Shown: positions 29,246-40,310, counted from the stretch's first letter. The stretch is 63,612 nucleotides of DNA from an uncultured Clostridium sp. (GCA_902492105.1 CABUKD010000005.1:1-63612), one strand, 5' to 3'. Numbers and translations: made by a program. The notes: generated by a model not told the origin, from the sequence alone.

Positions 29246-30454
29246 ATGAGAAAAATCATAGAATTTGAGCCTGAAAAGAAAAAAGTAGATGAAAAAGTGA
29301 ATAAAAAAATAAATAAAAAAAAGATGGGAATCATCATAGGAATTACTATTTTTGTTATTATTATTGCAACTGTTGCTATTATCTATGGAGTTAATAAAGA
29401 TTTTCGTAATTTTATGGATAAATATGTTTTAGGAAAAAATGTTACAGAAGAGAATTTACCAACTATTGATATTGATTATAATTCTAATATTCATGTAATC
29501 CCTTATGGAAATTTTATTTGTATTTTGGCAGAAAATACTTTGTTTGAGTATAATAGCTCAGGCAAACAAGAAAAAGAAGTAAAAGTAGAAATTAGTAATC
29601 CTATTTATGATGTAGAAGGTAGATACTTAGTAATAGGAGAAAAAAATAATCAAAAATTATATTTAATTTCAGAAGATCATATTGTATGGGAAAAAAATAT
29701 AGATGGTAATTTAAGTAAGGTAACTGTAAATAAAAATGGTTATGTAAGTGCTATTGTAACAGGAACTACTCATAAGTCAGTTATTGTTGTTTATGATGCA
29801 AAAGGCAATGAGCTATTTAAATCTTATTTATCTCAAACCATAGCGGTAGATGCTTGTATATCACCAGATAATCAAGAACTAGCTTATGCAGAAGTAAATA
29901 CTTCAGGAACGGTAATTCAGTCAAGTATTAAAATTATTTCTGTTGATAGCGCAAAAGAAATAGACACTGAGCCCCAATATACTTATACCGCTCCACAAAA
30001 TAGTCTTATTTTAAAAATAAAATATCAAGATAGAAATAAGCTAATTTGTATGTATGAAAATAGTATTCATATGATTGAAAATGAAACAGATACGGAAATT
30101 CTAAAAATAGATGAAGATGGAAAGAAAATAAATTTTGCAGATATTGATTTAGAAAATCATGTATTTCGAGCAGTAGAAAAATCTACAGGATTATTTAATG
30201 CAGATACTGTTGTTGAAATTAAAAATGTCCAAAATCAAAAAGAAGCTGTTTATACAGTAGAAGAAGTGGCAAAAAGTATTGTATGTAATGGAAAAATAAT
30301 AGGAATTAATTTAGGGACACAAGTAGATTTTATTGACATGAATGGTTGGCTAGTAAGAAGATATATGTCTTCACAAGTAGTAGAAAATATAGTAATTTGC
30401 GATGGCGTAGCAGGAATTATTTATGGAGATAAAATTGAATTAGTAAGTTTATAA
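29246..30454 (+). CDS. membrane-anchored protein, DUF5711-like
   Basis: N-terminal K-rich segment plus one TM helix, then a beta-rich ~330-aa domain. The family call is from memory. Confidence 0.45.
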   Translation: MRKIIEFEPEKKKVDEKVNKKINKKKMGIIIGITIFVIIIATVAIIYGVNKDFRNFMDKYVLGKNVTEENLPTIDIDYNSNIHVIPYGNFICILAENTLFEYNSSGKQEKEVKVEISNPIYDVEGRYLVIGEKNNQKLYLISEDHIVWEKNIDGNLSKVTVNKNGYVSAIVTGTTHKSVIVVYDAKGNELFKSYLSQTIAVDACISPDNQELAYAEVNTSGTVIQSSIKIISVDSAKEIDTEPQYTYTAPQNSLILKIKYQDRNKLICMYENSIHMIENETDTEILKIDEDGKKINFADIDLENHVFRAVEKSTGLFNADTVVEIKNVQNQKEAVYTVEEVAKSIVCNGKIIGINLGTQVDFIDMNGWLVRRYMSSQVVENIVICDGVAGIIYGDKIELVSL

Positions 30455-30523
30455 AATAAATATAAAAATAATTTATAATTAAATTTACATATCATAACTA
30501 GTTAAGGTTAGGGGGAAAGAAAA

Positions 30524-31261
30524 ATGGGTATTATTGTTGACATCATTATAATAGCTATATTTGCTATTTGCCTTGGATTAGGGTTTAAAAAAGGACTAAC
30601 CGGATCTTTACTCAAAATTATTTCTTTTGTATTAGCTTTAATTATTGCCTTTATTCTCTTTAAACCAGTGTCTAATTTTGTGATAGACCATACAAATTGG
30701 GACGAAACATTAGAACAAGCAATTCGACAAACATTAATAGAAGAAAATCCGAAAGAGAATAATCAAGTAGAACAAAATAAGCAAGAAGAAAATGCACAAA
30801 CACAAAATGGAGAGGGACAAAAAATACAAGTGGCTAATGAAGAAAATGGCAAAAAGCAAAGGATGTCAGAAGTAATGATGGACTATATTAATGAAGCTGT
30901 AGAAAACGCAGGTACAGAAGCCAAAAATGCAATTGTGGATTCTACTGCTAGAAATGTAGCTGTTACCATTATTAATGTAGGGGTATTAATTGTTTTATTT
31001 TTAGTTAGTAGAATTGTACTAATGCTAATAAAAGGCTTAACACAATTAATTACTAAGTTACCTGTTATTAAACAATTTGATAAGTTAGGTGGAATCATTT
31101 ACGGATTATTAGAATCTCTTATTATCATTTATGTAATTTTAGCAATATTATCATTTGTAAGTCCACTAATTAGCCAAACAGGAATCATACAAGCAATAGA
31201 AAATTCGTTTATTGGAAGCATTATGTATGATAATAATTTGTTGTTAAAAATAATTTTTTAA
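30524..31261 (+). CDS. CvpA-family membrane protein
   Basis: MGIIVDIIIIAIFAICLGLGFKKGL.. N-terminus and 4 TM helices typical of CvpA. Has an internal Q/N/E-rich insert. Confidence 0.65.
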   Translation: MGIIVDIIIIAIFAICLGLGFKKGLTGSLLKIISFVLALIIAFILFKPVSNFVIDHTNWDETLEQAIRQTLIEENPKENNQVEQNKQEENAQTQNGEGQKIQVANEENGKKQRMSEVMMDYINEAVENAGTEAKNAIVDSTARNVAVTIINVGVLIVLFLVSRIVLMLIKGLTQLITKLPVIKQFDKLGGIIYGLLESLIIIYVILAILSFVSPLISQTGIIQAIENSFIGSIMYDNNLLLKIIF

Positions 31262-31328
31262 TAGAGAATTATATAATTTTACAATGGAAAAGGTAAATGC
31301 TATAAATTACAGACATTCATATTTTCAT

Positions 31329-31541
31329 GAAAGAAGATTGTCCTAAAATATTAGAATATAAACTTTATAATATTAGAATTGTCTTTTTCAATTTTTAAAA
31401 CCTTTCCCCTTTTGGACAGCTGTAACTCGGCATAAAAATGCCTCCAACAGCTGTCACAATGGTCACCCACGCAAGGACTTAAAAATTTCAAAAGACGATT
31501 CTAATATTTTAAATAAATTTAGTTTGATTTTAGGACCTTTC
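31329..31541. repeat. structured palindromic repeat, family 1, copy B
   Basis: Same architecture as 13588-13784. Core 31399-31477 (aacctttccccttttggacagctgtaactcggcataaaaatgcctccaacagctgtcacaatggtcacccacgcaagga). Confidence 0.8.
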
Positions 31542-31638
31542 TTAAAATAAAAATTTTGAAATTAATAAAATTATTGTAAAAATATTGCTATTTTGGTAGT
31601 AATTTGTTATACTAAAAAACGAAATATATAAGGAACAG

Positions 31639-32910
31639 GTGAAAATTTTGGAAAAAAAGAAACAAGCAAAAGAAACAAAGAAGAAAAAAAAGGGAATAGG
31701 TAAAAAAATAGCGTTAGTTATTATTTTTATTATTCTAATAGCAGGAGCAGTATTTGGTTATAATGTATATAAAAATGGTGGAGGTCTAAAAGGATTTTTA
31801 GCAACAGCCATTGGGCATAATCAAGAAACGCTAAAAAATTTGCCTAAAATGTATTGCTTACTTTTAGGACAAAGTGAAGAATTAACAGATACTATTATGA
31901 TAGCTGAATATGATCCTCAATTACAGCAAGCATCTATTTTATCAATTCCAAGAGATACTTTTATAGGAGATAATGAGGCTACAGCGACTCCAAGCCAAAA
32001 AATTAATGCAGTGTATTCTATAGGAATTGATAGTATGTTAAAAGAAATTAATGAATTAACGGGACTTAATATCCAGTATTATTTAAAAGTAGATACAGAA
32101 GCATTTAAAGCTCTTGTAGATGCTGTTGGCGGAGTGACTTTTGATGTTCCTATTGATATGAAATATGATGATAATAGACAAAATTTGCACATTAATTTAA
32201 AAGCAGGAGAACAATTATTAGATGGAGATAAAGCAGAGCAACTTGTAAGATTTAGACATAACAATGATGGATCAACCTACCCTTATGAATATGGTATGGA
32301 AGACTTAGGAAGAATGAAAACACAAAGAAACTTTTTAACAGCACTTGCAAAACAAACTTTAAAACCTGAAAACATCTTCAAAATTAATGATTTTATAGAT
32401 ATTGCAAATAAATACATAGAAACCAACCTTGACTTTGATACCATTAAAGACTATGTACCTTATATTGTAGAATTTAACGTGGACAACTTAAGGACAGAAC
32501 AATTACCAGGAGAACCAGCTTATGCTAATGGTTGGGCTGTATATTTAGCAGATGAACAGAAAACAGCAGAAATAATAGATGAATTATTCTTAAATCCAGT
32601 ACAAGATGATAACATAGATACAAGTGGAATAGATACTTCTGGTATTGATAAAACAAAAATTGAAATTGAGTTATTAAACGGAACCAATAGTAGTACAAAA
32701 CTAAAAAGAATTCAAAATAGATTAGAAAAAGCAGGATATACTGTTACAAAAACAAATGAGACTTCTCAAACAGAAACAACTACAATGATTGTTAGGGGAA
32801 ATGTAGAACAAGCTGCAAAAGAAGAAATAAAGCTTTTAACAGAAGCAAGTACAGTATCTAATGCAGAATCAGACGAAGTTAGCATTACTGTTATTATTGG
32901 AACAAAATAA
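31639..32910 (+). CDS. LCP (LytR-CpsA-Psr) family protein with LytR_C-like C-terminal domain
   Basis: GTG start, TM anchor. ..DTIMIAEYDP...SIPRDT.. LCP core. Confidence 0.85.
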   Translation: MKILEKKKQAKETKKKKKGIGKKIALVIIFIILIAGAVFGYNVYKNGGGLKGFLATAIGHNQETLKNLPKMYCLLLGQSEELTDTIMIAEYDPQLQQASILSIPRDTFIGDNEATATPSQKINAVYSIGIDSMLKEINELTGLNIQYYLKVDTEAFKALVDAVGGVTFDVPIDMKYDDNRQNLHINLKAGEQLLDGDKAEQLVRFRHNNDGSTYPYEYGMEDLGRMKTQRNFLTALAKQTLKPENIFKINDFIDIANKYIETNLDFDTIKDYVPYIVEFNVDNLRTEQLPGEPAYANGWAVYLADEQKTAEIIDELFLNPVQDDNIDTSGIDTSGIDKTKIEIELLNGTNSSTKLKRIQNRLEKAGYTVTKTNETSQTETTTMIVRGNVEQAAKEEIKLLTEASTVSNAESDEVSITVIIGTK

Positions 32911-33151
32911 TGCTACAAATTTAGAGAAACTAGAAATAAAAAAATAGAAAGAGTTTTAAGCTTAGAAGGTTTTATTTTAGAAACTTATAAATTTAAAAAA
33001 TGAAAAAAGGGCACTATATATATTTATTAATAGTGCTCTTTTTTATTGGTACGAAAAAGAGAAATTCATTAAGAATTATCCTCTTTCCATTGAGGGGGAT
33101 AAATAAAATTATTATTTATTCTCTACTCGATTAGGAATATCGTAGACTTTT

Positions 33152-34630
33152 TTATAAAAGTTCAAAATTATTTAATTGCATACAGCGAAAATGTCCACCT
33201 TTTTTCTTCCTTTTTTTAGATTTCTTTGTTGCTTTAGTATAAGAACCAGAACCATGCTTTTTATTTTTGTTCTTTGGCTTTAATAATATATAAAGCAAAT
33301 ATAAAGTAACAAAAATTAATAAAATACGAAGTAAAGTAGGTAAAAAGCCAGAAGCTATTACACTAGTTTCTGCTAGTAAATCAGAAGAATAAGTTTCATC
33401 TCCCACTTGATAAGTAATTTTTCCAATTGCTTCATTAGCAGAAATAGGAGCTTTCAAATTATCTCTATATGTAATTTCAGGTTCTAAATTTTGAGCATTT
33501 TCTTCTGAAGATAATAAAATAGAGATATCATCTTTAACAAGAACATTTAACTTTCGAGTATCGCTTGTTGCACCTCTTACCGTAATTTCCTCTAATACGT
33601 TATTTTTCTCCTGTACTGTTTGCATAGAATAATTTTCAAAAGCATAATCAAATAAAGTAATACAATCTAAATTTCGTTCACTAAGTCCATCTTTTGTAGT
33701 GCCCCCTCCAAGAACCACAGCAATTACTTCCATATTATCCTTTTTGGCACTAGCTACAATACAAGAACCTGCATCTGTAGTATAGCCTGTTTTAATTCCT
33801 GTTGCATATTCATAATAATAATTATCCTTTGCGGTACTATTATTTTCTCTTAACAAATCATTTGTGGTATTAAAAATACGATCAGTTTTATTATATTTAT
33901 TGGTAGCAGGAAGAGAATATCTAGTTTTCTTTATAATACTTCTAAAAGTACTATTTTGCATTGCATATCTTCCCATTAAAGCTAAATCATAAGCAGTAGT
34001 GGTATGTTCATCATTATGTACTCCATTAGGATTTACAAAATGAGTATTCAAACAACCAATTTCCTTTGCCTTTTCATTCATTAAAACAGCAAAATCATCT
34101 ACACTACCAGAAATATGTTCTGCAAGAACATTTGCAGCATCATTTGCAGAAGGAATAAGTAAAACATTTAATAGCTGTTCTATAGTCAACTCTTCTCCCT
34201 CTTTCAAACTAGCATGGGAATAGCTAGCAGGAACAGAAAAAATAGCATTATGGCTAACTGTAGCAATATCTGTTAATTCACAATTTTCTAATGCTAAAAT
34301 AGCAGTCATAATTTTGGTTGTACTAGCAGGAAAAACTACTTCTTGCGCATCTTTTGCATATAAAATTCTACCAGAACTTGCTTCCATTAAAATACAATTG
34401 GGAGAATAAATGGAAAGATCCTTAACATTATCTGTAGAATTAATAGAATTATTTATATGATTGGTATCTTCTGCATTAGTATTAGTTTTAGTATCAGCAT
34501 TAGTGTTAGCAATGGCGATACTAGAAGCAAAAGACACATTTTTGTTTACAAAAAAAGAAAAACAGAATAATAAAAACTGAAATAACAAAATAAAAATAAG
34601 TAATCGAAAAGAACACTTAGAAATTTTCAT
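33152..34630 (-). CDS. D-alanyl-D-alanine carboxypeptidase (PBP5/DacB-type), C-terminal TM anchor and K-rich tail
   Basis: SxxK (ASTTK), SxN (SAND) and KTG (KTGYT) motifs. The ATG at 34630 has AGGAG 7 nt upstream and is preferred over 34663. Confidence 0.85.
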   Translation of the reverse strand: MKISKCSFRLLIFILLFQFLLFCFSFFVNKNVSFASSIAIANTNADTKTNTNAEDTNHINNSINSTDNVKDLSIYSPNCILMEASSGRILYAKDAQEVVFPASTTKIMTAILALENCELTDIATVSHNAIFSVPASYSHASLKEGEELTIEQLLNVLLIPSANDAANVLAEHISGSVDDFAVLMNEKAKEIGCLNTHFVNPNGVHNDEHTTTAYDLALMGRYAMQNSTFRSIIKKTRYSLPATNKYNKTDRIFNTTNDLLRENNSTAKDNYYYEYATGIKTGYTTDAGSCIVASAKKDNMEVIAVVLGGGTTKDGLSERNLDCITLFDYAFENYSMQTVQEKNNVLEEITVRGATSDTRKLNVLVKDDISILLSSEENAQNLEPEITYRDNLKAPISANEAIGKITYQVGDETYSSDLLAETSVIASGFLPTLLRILLIFVTLYLLYILLKPKNKNKKHGSGSYTKATKKSKKRKKKGGHFRCMQLNNFELL

Positions 34631-34868
34631 ATCATATCTCCTAACAATTCTTTCAAACTTCAATATAAATATAACTATATCTTAAAATAAAAATTATTTC
34701 AAGATATAGTAGAAAATTTTGTTAATAACTTCTTACATTTTATTCCAACAAAATAAAAAAATGATGTGAAGATTAGAAAAAATAAAAAATGTAGTTTCGC
34801 TAGTAAGTAATTATTAATAACAATACCAAATAGAAAAGAAGATAAGATATGATATGAAAATGGAAAAT

Positions 34869-34997
34869 ATAGAAAAAGTAATAGAAGTTCAAATAGAAAA
34901 AACGGGAATAAAAAAATAGAAAAAGTAATTAGAAGTCCAAATAAAGAAAAAATAGGAATAGAAAACTAGAAAAGTGGTTAGAAGTGCAAATAAAAAA
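34869..34997 (+). repeat. imperfect ~50-bp tandem repeats (about 3 units) upstream of comEA
   Basis: TAGAAAARTRRTTAGAAGTNCAAATA recurs at about 34870, 34917 and 34967, with a decayed fourth unit after. Confidence 0.6.
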
Positions 34998-35170
34998 ATA
35001 GAAAACTAAAAAAGAAAGAAGGTGCAAAAAGAGAAAAATAAAACGAAAAAAAGGAGGTGAAGAAAAGATAAAAACAGCAGTTATTCAATGAAAAAATATA
35101 TGAAAATATTGGAAATTTATAAGAAAGGAGGCTATGATATATTAATTGAAAATATATCATAAAATGAAAA

Positions 35171-35911
35171 ATGTTAGAACGATTCAATTTAAAACAAAAA
35201 ATAATAGGAGGAATCATTATAGGAATCATCGTTATTGGAATTGCAATCTATGGATTCATTTCAATGACACAAACACAAGAAACAATAGATATCAGCCAAA
35301 TGGTAAATTTAGAAAATGAAAATCAAGGAATAGGAGAAAGAGAAACGACTGAAAAAAAGAATAATGATATATCAGGAAAAAAGAATGAAAATATAGACAA
35401 TGGAAAAGATGAAAATAGCCAAAGCAATGCCACACAACAACAAAATGTAATAATGGTACACATTACAGGAGAAGTAAGAAAAACAGGAATATTAACTTTA
35501 CCAGAAGGAGCAAGAATTGCAGATGCCGTGGAAGCAGCAGGAGGAGAAACAAAAGAAGCGGATTTAAATGCTATTAATCTAGCTTATGTATTACAAGATG
35601 GGCAAAAAATTTATATACCAAATAAAAATGAAGAACAAGAAGAAAAAGCGTATATTACTACAGAAAATGGAAATAATATAGTCAGCCAACCAGATAATAG
35701 CTCTAAAGGAGGGAGCACAAAAGTGAACATTAATGAAGCCAGTCAATCTGAATTAGAAACATTGCCAGGAATAGGACCATCCATAGCAAGCAGAATTATC
35801 GAGTATAGGGAGCAAAATGGAAAATTTAGCAAAATAGAGGATTTGCAAAATGTAAAAGGAATAGGTGATGCTAAATTCGCTAATATAAAAGATTATGTAG
35901 TAGCAAAGTAA
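35171..35911 (+). CDS. comEA: ComEA-family DNA-binding protein (SLBB + helix-hairpin-helix)
   Basis: TM anchor. ..VHITGEVRKTGILTLPEGARIADAV.. SLBB region. C-terminal ..INEASQSELETLPGIGPSIASRIIEYREQNGKF..L..VKGIG.. HhH region. Confidence 0.85.
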   Translation: MLERFNLKQKIIGGIIIGIIVIGIAIYGFISMTQTQETIDISQMVNLENENQGIGERETTEKKNNDISGKKNENIDNGKDENSQSNATQQQNVIMVHITGEVRKTGILTLPEGARIADAVEAAGGETKEADLNAINLAYVLQDGQKIYIPNKNEEQEEKAYITTENGNNIVSQPDNSSKGGSTKVNINEASQSELETLPGIGPSIASRIIEYREQNGKFSKIEDLQNVKGIGDAKFANIKDYVVAK

Positions 35912-36195
35912 AGATAAAATTAATTATTTGATATTAGAATTTAAAATATTTTAATAGGATATTTTAATAGGAAGCTTGAACAGGACATTTTAATAAAATA
36001 TTTGTTTAAAAAAAGCATTTAAATAGAGCACTTTTAAAATAGTAGATTTAAAAAAGACATTTGTATACGATGTTTTTGTAATATTATGAATTAAGCAAAC
36101 ATATAATAGAGAAAGAAGGTTGATAAAAATATATACTTGCTTTTAAAGAAAAAACGTGATTTTAAATGACTGGGGCACTTTTTTAAATAAATGTA

Positions 36196-36224
36196 TTGAC
36201 AATATAAAGAAAAAGCAGTATACT
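36196..36224 (+). promoter_or_regulatory. sigma-A promoter of the tRNA-Met gene
   Basis: TTGACA (36196) - 17 nt - TATACT (36219), 27 nt before the tRNA 5' end. Confidence 0.65.
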
Positions 36225-36251
36225 TAATAGGTAGCAGAAAGAATTATATAT

Positions 36252-36327
<76 letters not shown>

Positions 36328-36507
36328 AGATTTAAACTTAGAGTCGCAAAAGATTGTGGACTCTTTATTTTTTGTGTGAAAGTGTATTTTAGGCTATTTT
36401 GGGGACAGCTTGGGGACACAAGCTACTTTAAATAGCTATAAATAGCCTAAAATTTCACAATAAGACTTAAAAAAAGCAATTTTTGTAATTTTATTGAAAA
36501 AAGATTA

Positions 36508-37710
36508 TTAGTTGTTACCTATTAATAGGTCTTGTAATACATACGCTGCTTTTCTCATATTTTTCTCTAATGGGTGTACATAGTATTTTATAGTAGTATT
36601 AATACTTGCATGTCCAAGTCTTGCAGATACTGTTGCTATATCAACATTATTAGCAATCATGAGAGTAGCATTTGTATGTCTAATACCGTGAAATTTAATT
36701 ATAGGTAGTCCTAATTCTTCAATATAAGGTTTAAACCATTTTCCAATTGTATCTGGATGCATAGGTTTTCCATTATCTTGTACAAATAGTTTATTAGATT
36801 CAATCCATTTATCTCCACAGATGTCTTTTTGTTCATCATACCATTCTTTATATTCAAGAAGAGTTTTTATGATATAATCTGGTATTGGAACAATTCTATT
36901 AGAGCTTTCTGTTTTAGTATCTTTGTCAAAAATTCCGTTTTCAGGCAAGTACTGAGTAGATTTATTTATATTAATAGTTTCATTTTTAAAATCTACATCA
37001 GACCATTCAAGTCCAATAAGTTCTCCACGTCTTACACCAGAGAAAATATCAAGAAGAATTGCTACTTTATACTTTAATTTACTTCCAGTAAGCTCCATTA
37101 AAGATTGTATAAGAAACTTGCATTCATCATCATTGAAAAATTCCATTTTAGGTTTCTTAGTTTTTGGTGGTTTAACTCTTCTAGCAGGATTAGAAGGTAA
37201 CAACTGCCAGTATACTGCATTTTGTAACATGGCACTTATTAGTCTATGGTGCTCTAGAATTGTTTTTGGAGATAATGGTTTTAAAGTTCTTTGACCATTA
37301 TTTTTTGCTATTCTCTTTATCTGAGTATCATTTTCTAACATATCATAAAAGTTCATTAAATCTGTTGGTTTAATCTTGTCTAAAGGAAATGAACCTAAAT
37401 ATGGAAGAATTCGAGATTTTAATATTCCAATATATCTTGAATAAGTTTTTGGTGCTAATTCTTTTGAAGCATATTTTTCATCCCAAATATAAAAGAAGTC
37501 TTCAAAAGTTATCGACTTGCCTTCTGGAACTAATCCTCGATTTACTTCTGTAATAAACTCAGCTAAAGCTATTTCAGCATCTTTTCTTGTACCATGTATA
37601 GTTTTTGTTTTTTTACATCTAGTACCATCAAGATTTTTACCACCCGAAACGACTAACCTATAAGTATTTTCACCTCTTTTTTCAATACTTCCAGCCATTG
37701 CTTTTTTCAC
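36508..37710 (-). CDS. tyrosine-type site-specific integrase
   Basis: C-terminal catalytic motifs ..SGVRRGEL.., ..HGIRHTNATL.., ..LGHASINTTIKYY.. . N-terminal SAM-like/arm-binding region. Confidence 0.9.
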   Translation of the reverse strand: MKKAMAGSIEKRGENTYRLVVSGGKNLDGTRCKKTKTIHGTRKDAEIALAEFITEVNRGLVPEGKSITFEDFFYIWDEKYASKELAPKTYSRYIGILKSRILPYLGSFPLDKIKPTDLMNFYDMLENDTQIKRIAKNNGQRTLKPLSPKTILEHHRLISAMLQNAVYWQLLPSNPARRVKPPKTKKPKMEFFNDDECKFLIQSLMELTGSKLKYKVAILLDIFSGVRRGELIGLEWSDVDFKNETININKSTQYLPENGIFDKDTKTESSNRIVPIPDYIIKTLLEYKEWYDEQKDICGDKWIESNKLFVQDNGKPMHPDTIGKWFKPYIEELGLPIIKFHGIRHTNATLMIANNVDIATVSARLGHASINTTIKYYVHPLEKNMRKAAYVLQDLLIGNN

Positions 37711-37967
37711 CTCCTTTCAGCATACTTATGGGTGGAAGTTTGTTAATATTTAATTGTCATGATTATACTACAATTACAATGCTAATTCTAGTAGTTTTTC
37801 TTTATTTTTCAAGTGTTACAAAGATTACACTAAAATTCATAAAAGAAAATATATAGGACAATAAAATACTAGATAAAATGTAATATTAGCCACATTTCAT
37901 AAAGTTTAAAGAATTATGTGGAAAAATAAGGAATTTTCTGCTATAATAAAAGCGAAAGGAAGAAATT

Positions 37968-40295
37968 ATGAAGAAGAAATTGAATAAATATTGGAAAGAA
38001 ATTATATTCGTTGTAGTAATTCTTGCAATTACTATTATTACATTTGGGTTTGGAAATCATTATTGTATTGATGGAAAAATATTAGAAAATATAACAGGAC
38101 TAATATTTGGAAGTTTACTGAGTCTAATCGCTATATGGATTTCAGGTTATTTTATATTAATACAATTATATAAAAATACATATCCGATGGAGATAATAGA
38201 AAAGAATTTCCTAAAAACAGTGAAAGTCATACTCATATTTTCAATTGCAAATATTTTAATAGGTATTTTTGTATTAACTATATTTGAGGATTTAATATCT
38301 AGGATATATTTTATGATATTATTTGTTATTAATGTTCTTATTATTTTTTATAATACTTATATGATCAATAGAACATTTACATTAAATACATATATAGAAA
38401 AATATTTTAAAAGTATGGAGGAAGATTTAGAAAGAAATGTATTAAAAAAAGACACTGTTGATAATATTTTTTCTAATATATATAAGTTTTTTGATGAGTG
38501 CATAACTAAAGAAGAATACTATGTATGTAATAATATAACAGAAAAAAATGGAGAATTATTTCAACAACTTATTAAACATTGTAATCAATTATTTTTATCT
38601 GAAGATAAAGAAAAAGAAAAATTAGCAGAATATATTTTTAATAAAATAATAATTTCAGGGTGTTATCAAATTGAAAGTGCCAAAAAAATAAATAACAAAA
38701 GTTATTTAAGTGATTTATTTGAGCAACAAGAAAAGAATATTAAATTATGTTTGAAAATAAACAATTTTGAATGGTTTAAGAAGTATATAAGGAAGATAAA
38801 TTTAATAGCTTCTGAAAATGAAGATAAGGAAATATTAGAAAATTTATATAATATGAATGAAAATATAGGAATTAATTTGTTAGACCAAGAAAAAACATAT
38901 TTTGAATGGTTTATTAAAGAAATATATAATTTAAATCTTTCACTTAAATATTTATACGACAATGTAAACTTTAAATACTTTGCTAAATTAATAACAATAT
39001 TATTAATTAATGATATTAAAGAACACGAAAGTAAAAATTATGAAATAATGAAAGAAATTTTAAAAAATTTTACATATGGGATTACACATATAGAAAGTGA
39101 TATTCAAGATGTTGTTATATATTATCAGTTATATGGAAATGAAATAATTGAAAAAAGAGATTTAAATTTGGTAAAAGATTTTATAAAAATTATAACTAAT
39201 GAAAAAAATGGATTAACGGATAATGAAAAATGGAATAGTTTTATATTATATTACTTAAATGCTACTGTAGATGAATGGAATGAATTAGGCAAAGATAATA
39301 GAAAATTAATAATAGAAATTATTCTCGATTTGGTTTTGAAAGATTCTAATAATAATTATTTCAGTTTTATGCCAAATTATACAAAAATAATTTTTGATAA
39401 CAGATGTAATACTAATGACATCAATGATATTTGTGAAGAATTTAAAGAGTTATTAATAAGATTAGCAATAAATAATAATAGTAGTATGTTTTACTATGTG
39501 TTAAAAGAATTGAAAAAAGCAATATTAAATCTTGAAACTAAGGATAGGTTGGTACAAGAAAAGTTATTTGATATATGTATTACAATACTTTCAAGAACGG
39601 TAAATATTAAAAATAAGGAATTTATAGAAATAACTATAGGTGCGATCGATGATATAGTGGAACAGATAGACAAAGACAGAAAAATATCAGATAAATTTGG
39701 TAAGCATATTATAGAAAAAATATCAGATATTGTTATTTATAGAAGTAGAATTGATGAAAATGATGCAGTAAACTTAATATACCTTTTATATGGATTTATA
39801 GAAGATGGAAAAGAATATAATTTTGTTTCAAATGATAATGCAAAGAAGAAATTACTCTATAAAAATATTTATAACATTGGGATAAGCTGTATAGAAAATA
39901 ATAAAGAAAATGCTGTAAGAACAGTTTCTAATACTCTAGGTTGGTGTATTATCAGAAGTATAAACAAAGATAATAATGAGCTAACTAACTATATTATTGA
40001 TAGAACTATAGATTTATATAGAATTGCAGAAAATATGCAAGTTTCAGAAAAAACTTTAATCTTTATAATGACGTTATTTACAACAGTAGGTACATATTGT
40101 TGCAAACAAACAAATTACAGACCATATCTAGATAAGATACTGAATATATTAAAAATGGAAGATTATATGAGAATAAAAACAGCAATAGAGTTAAGAACAA
40201 ATGAAAATACAATGTGGGACAATTTATATGATAATAATACTAAACAATTAACAAAAAAATTCTTAGAACTATTAAAAAATAAAGCAGAAAATTAA
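37968..40295 (+). CDS. hypothetical 775-aa protein, 4 N-terminal TM helices plus a large helical cytoplasmic region
   Basis: RBS aaaggaag. No motif recognised. IME cargo. Confidence 0.5.
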   Translation: MKKKLNKYWKEIIFVVVILAITIITFGFGNHYCIDGKILENITGLIFGSLLSLIAIWISGYFILIQLYKNTYPMEIIEKNFLKTVKVILIFSIANILIGIFVLTIFEDLISRIYFMILFVINVLIIFYNTYMINRTFTLNTYIEKYFKSMEEDLERNVLKKDTVDNIFSNIYKFFDECITKEEYYVCNNITEKNGELFQQLIKHCNQLFLSEDKEKEKLAEYIFNKIIISGCYQIESAKKINNKSYLSDLFEQQEKNIKLCLKINNFEWFKKYIRKINLIASENEDKEILENLYNMNENIGINLLDQEKTYFEWFIKEIYNLNLSLKYLYDNVNFKYFAKLITILLINDIKEHESKNYEIMKEILKNFTYGITHIESDIQDVVIYYQLYGNEIIEKRDLNLVKDFIKIITNEKNGLTDNEKWNSFILYYLNATVDEWNELGKDNRKLIIEIILDLVLKDSNNNYFSFMPNYTKIIFDNRCNTNDINDICEEFKELLIRLAINNNSSMFYYVLKELKKAILNLETKDRLVQEKLFDICITILSRTVNIKNKEFIEITIGAIDDIVEQIDKDRKISDKFGKHIIEKISDIVIYRSRIDENDAVNLIYLLYGFIEDGKEYNFVSNDNAKKKLLYKNIYNIGISCIENNKENAVRTVSNTLGWCIIRSINKDNNELTNYIIDRTIDLYRIAENMQVSEKTLIFIMTLFTTVGTYCCKQTNYRPYLDKILNILKMEDYMRIKTAIELRTNENTMWDNLYDNNTKQLTKKFLELLKNKAEN

Positions 40296-40310
40296 TCTGC
40301 TTTATTTTTT
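40274..40310. terminator. bidirectional terminator shared by convergent genes
   Basis: Perfect 15-bp arms aaaaaataaagcaga / tctgctttatttttt with a 7-nt loop that contains both stop codons. Confidence 0.7.
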
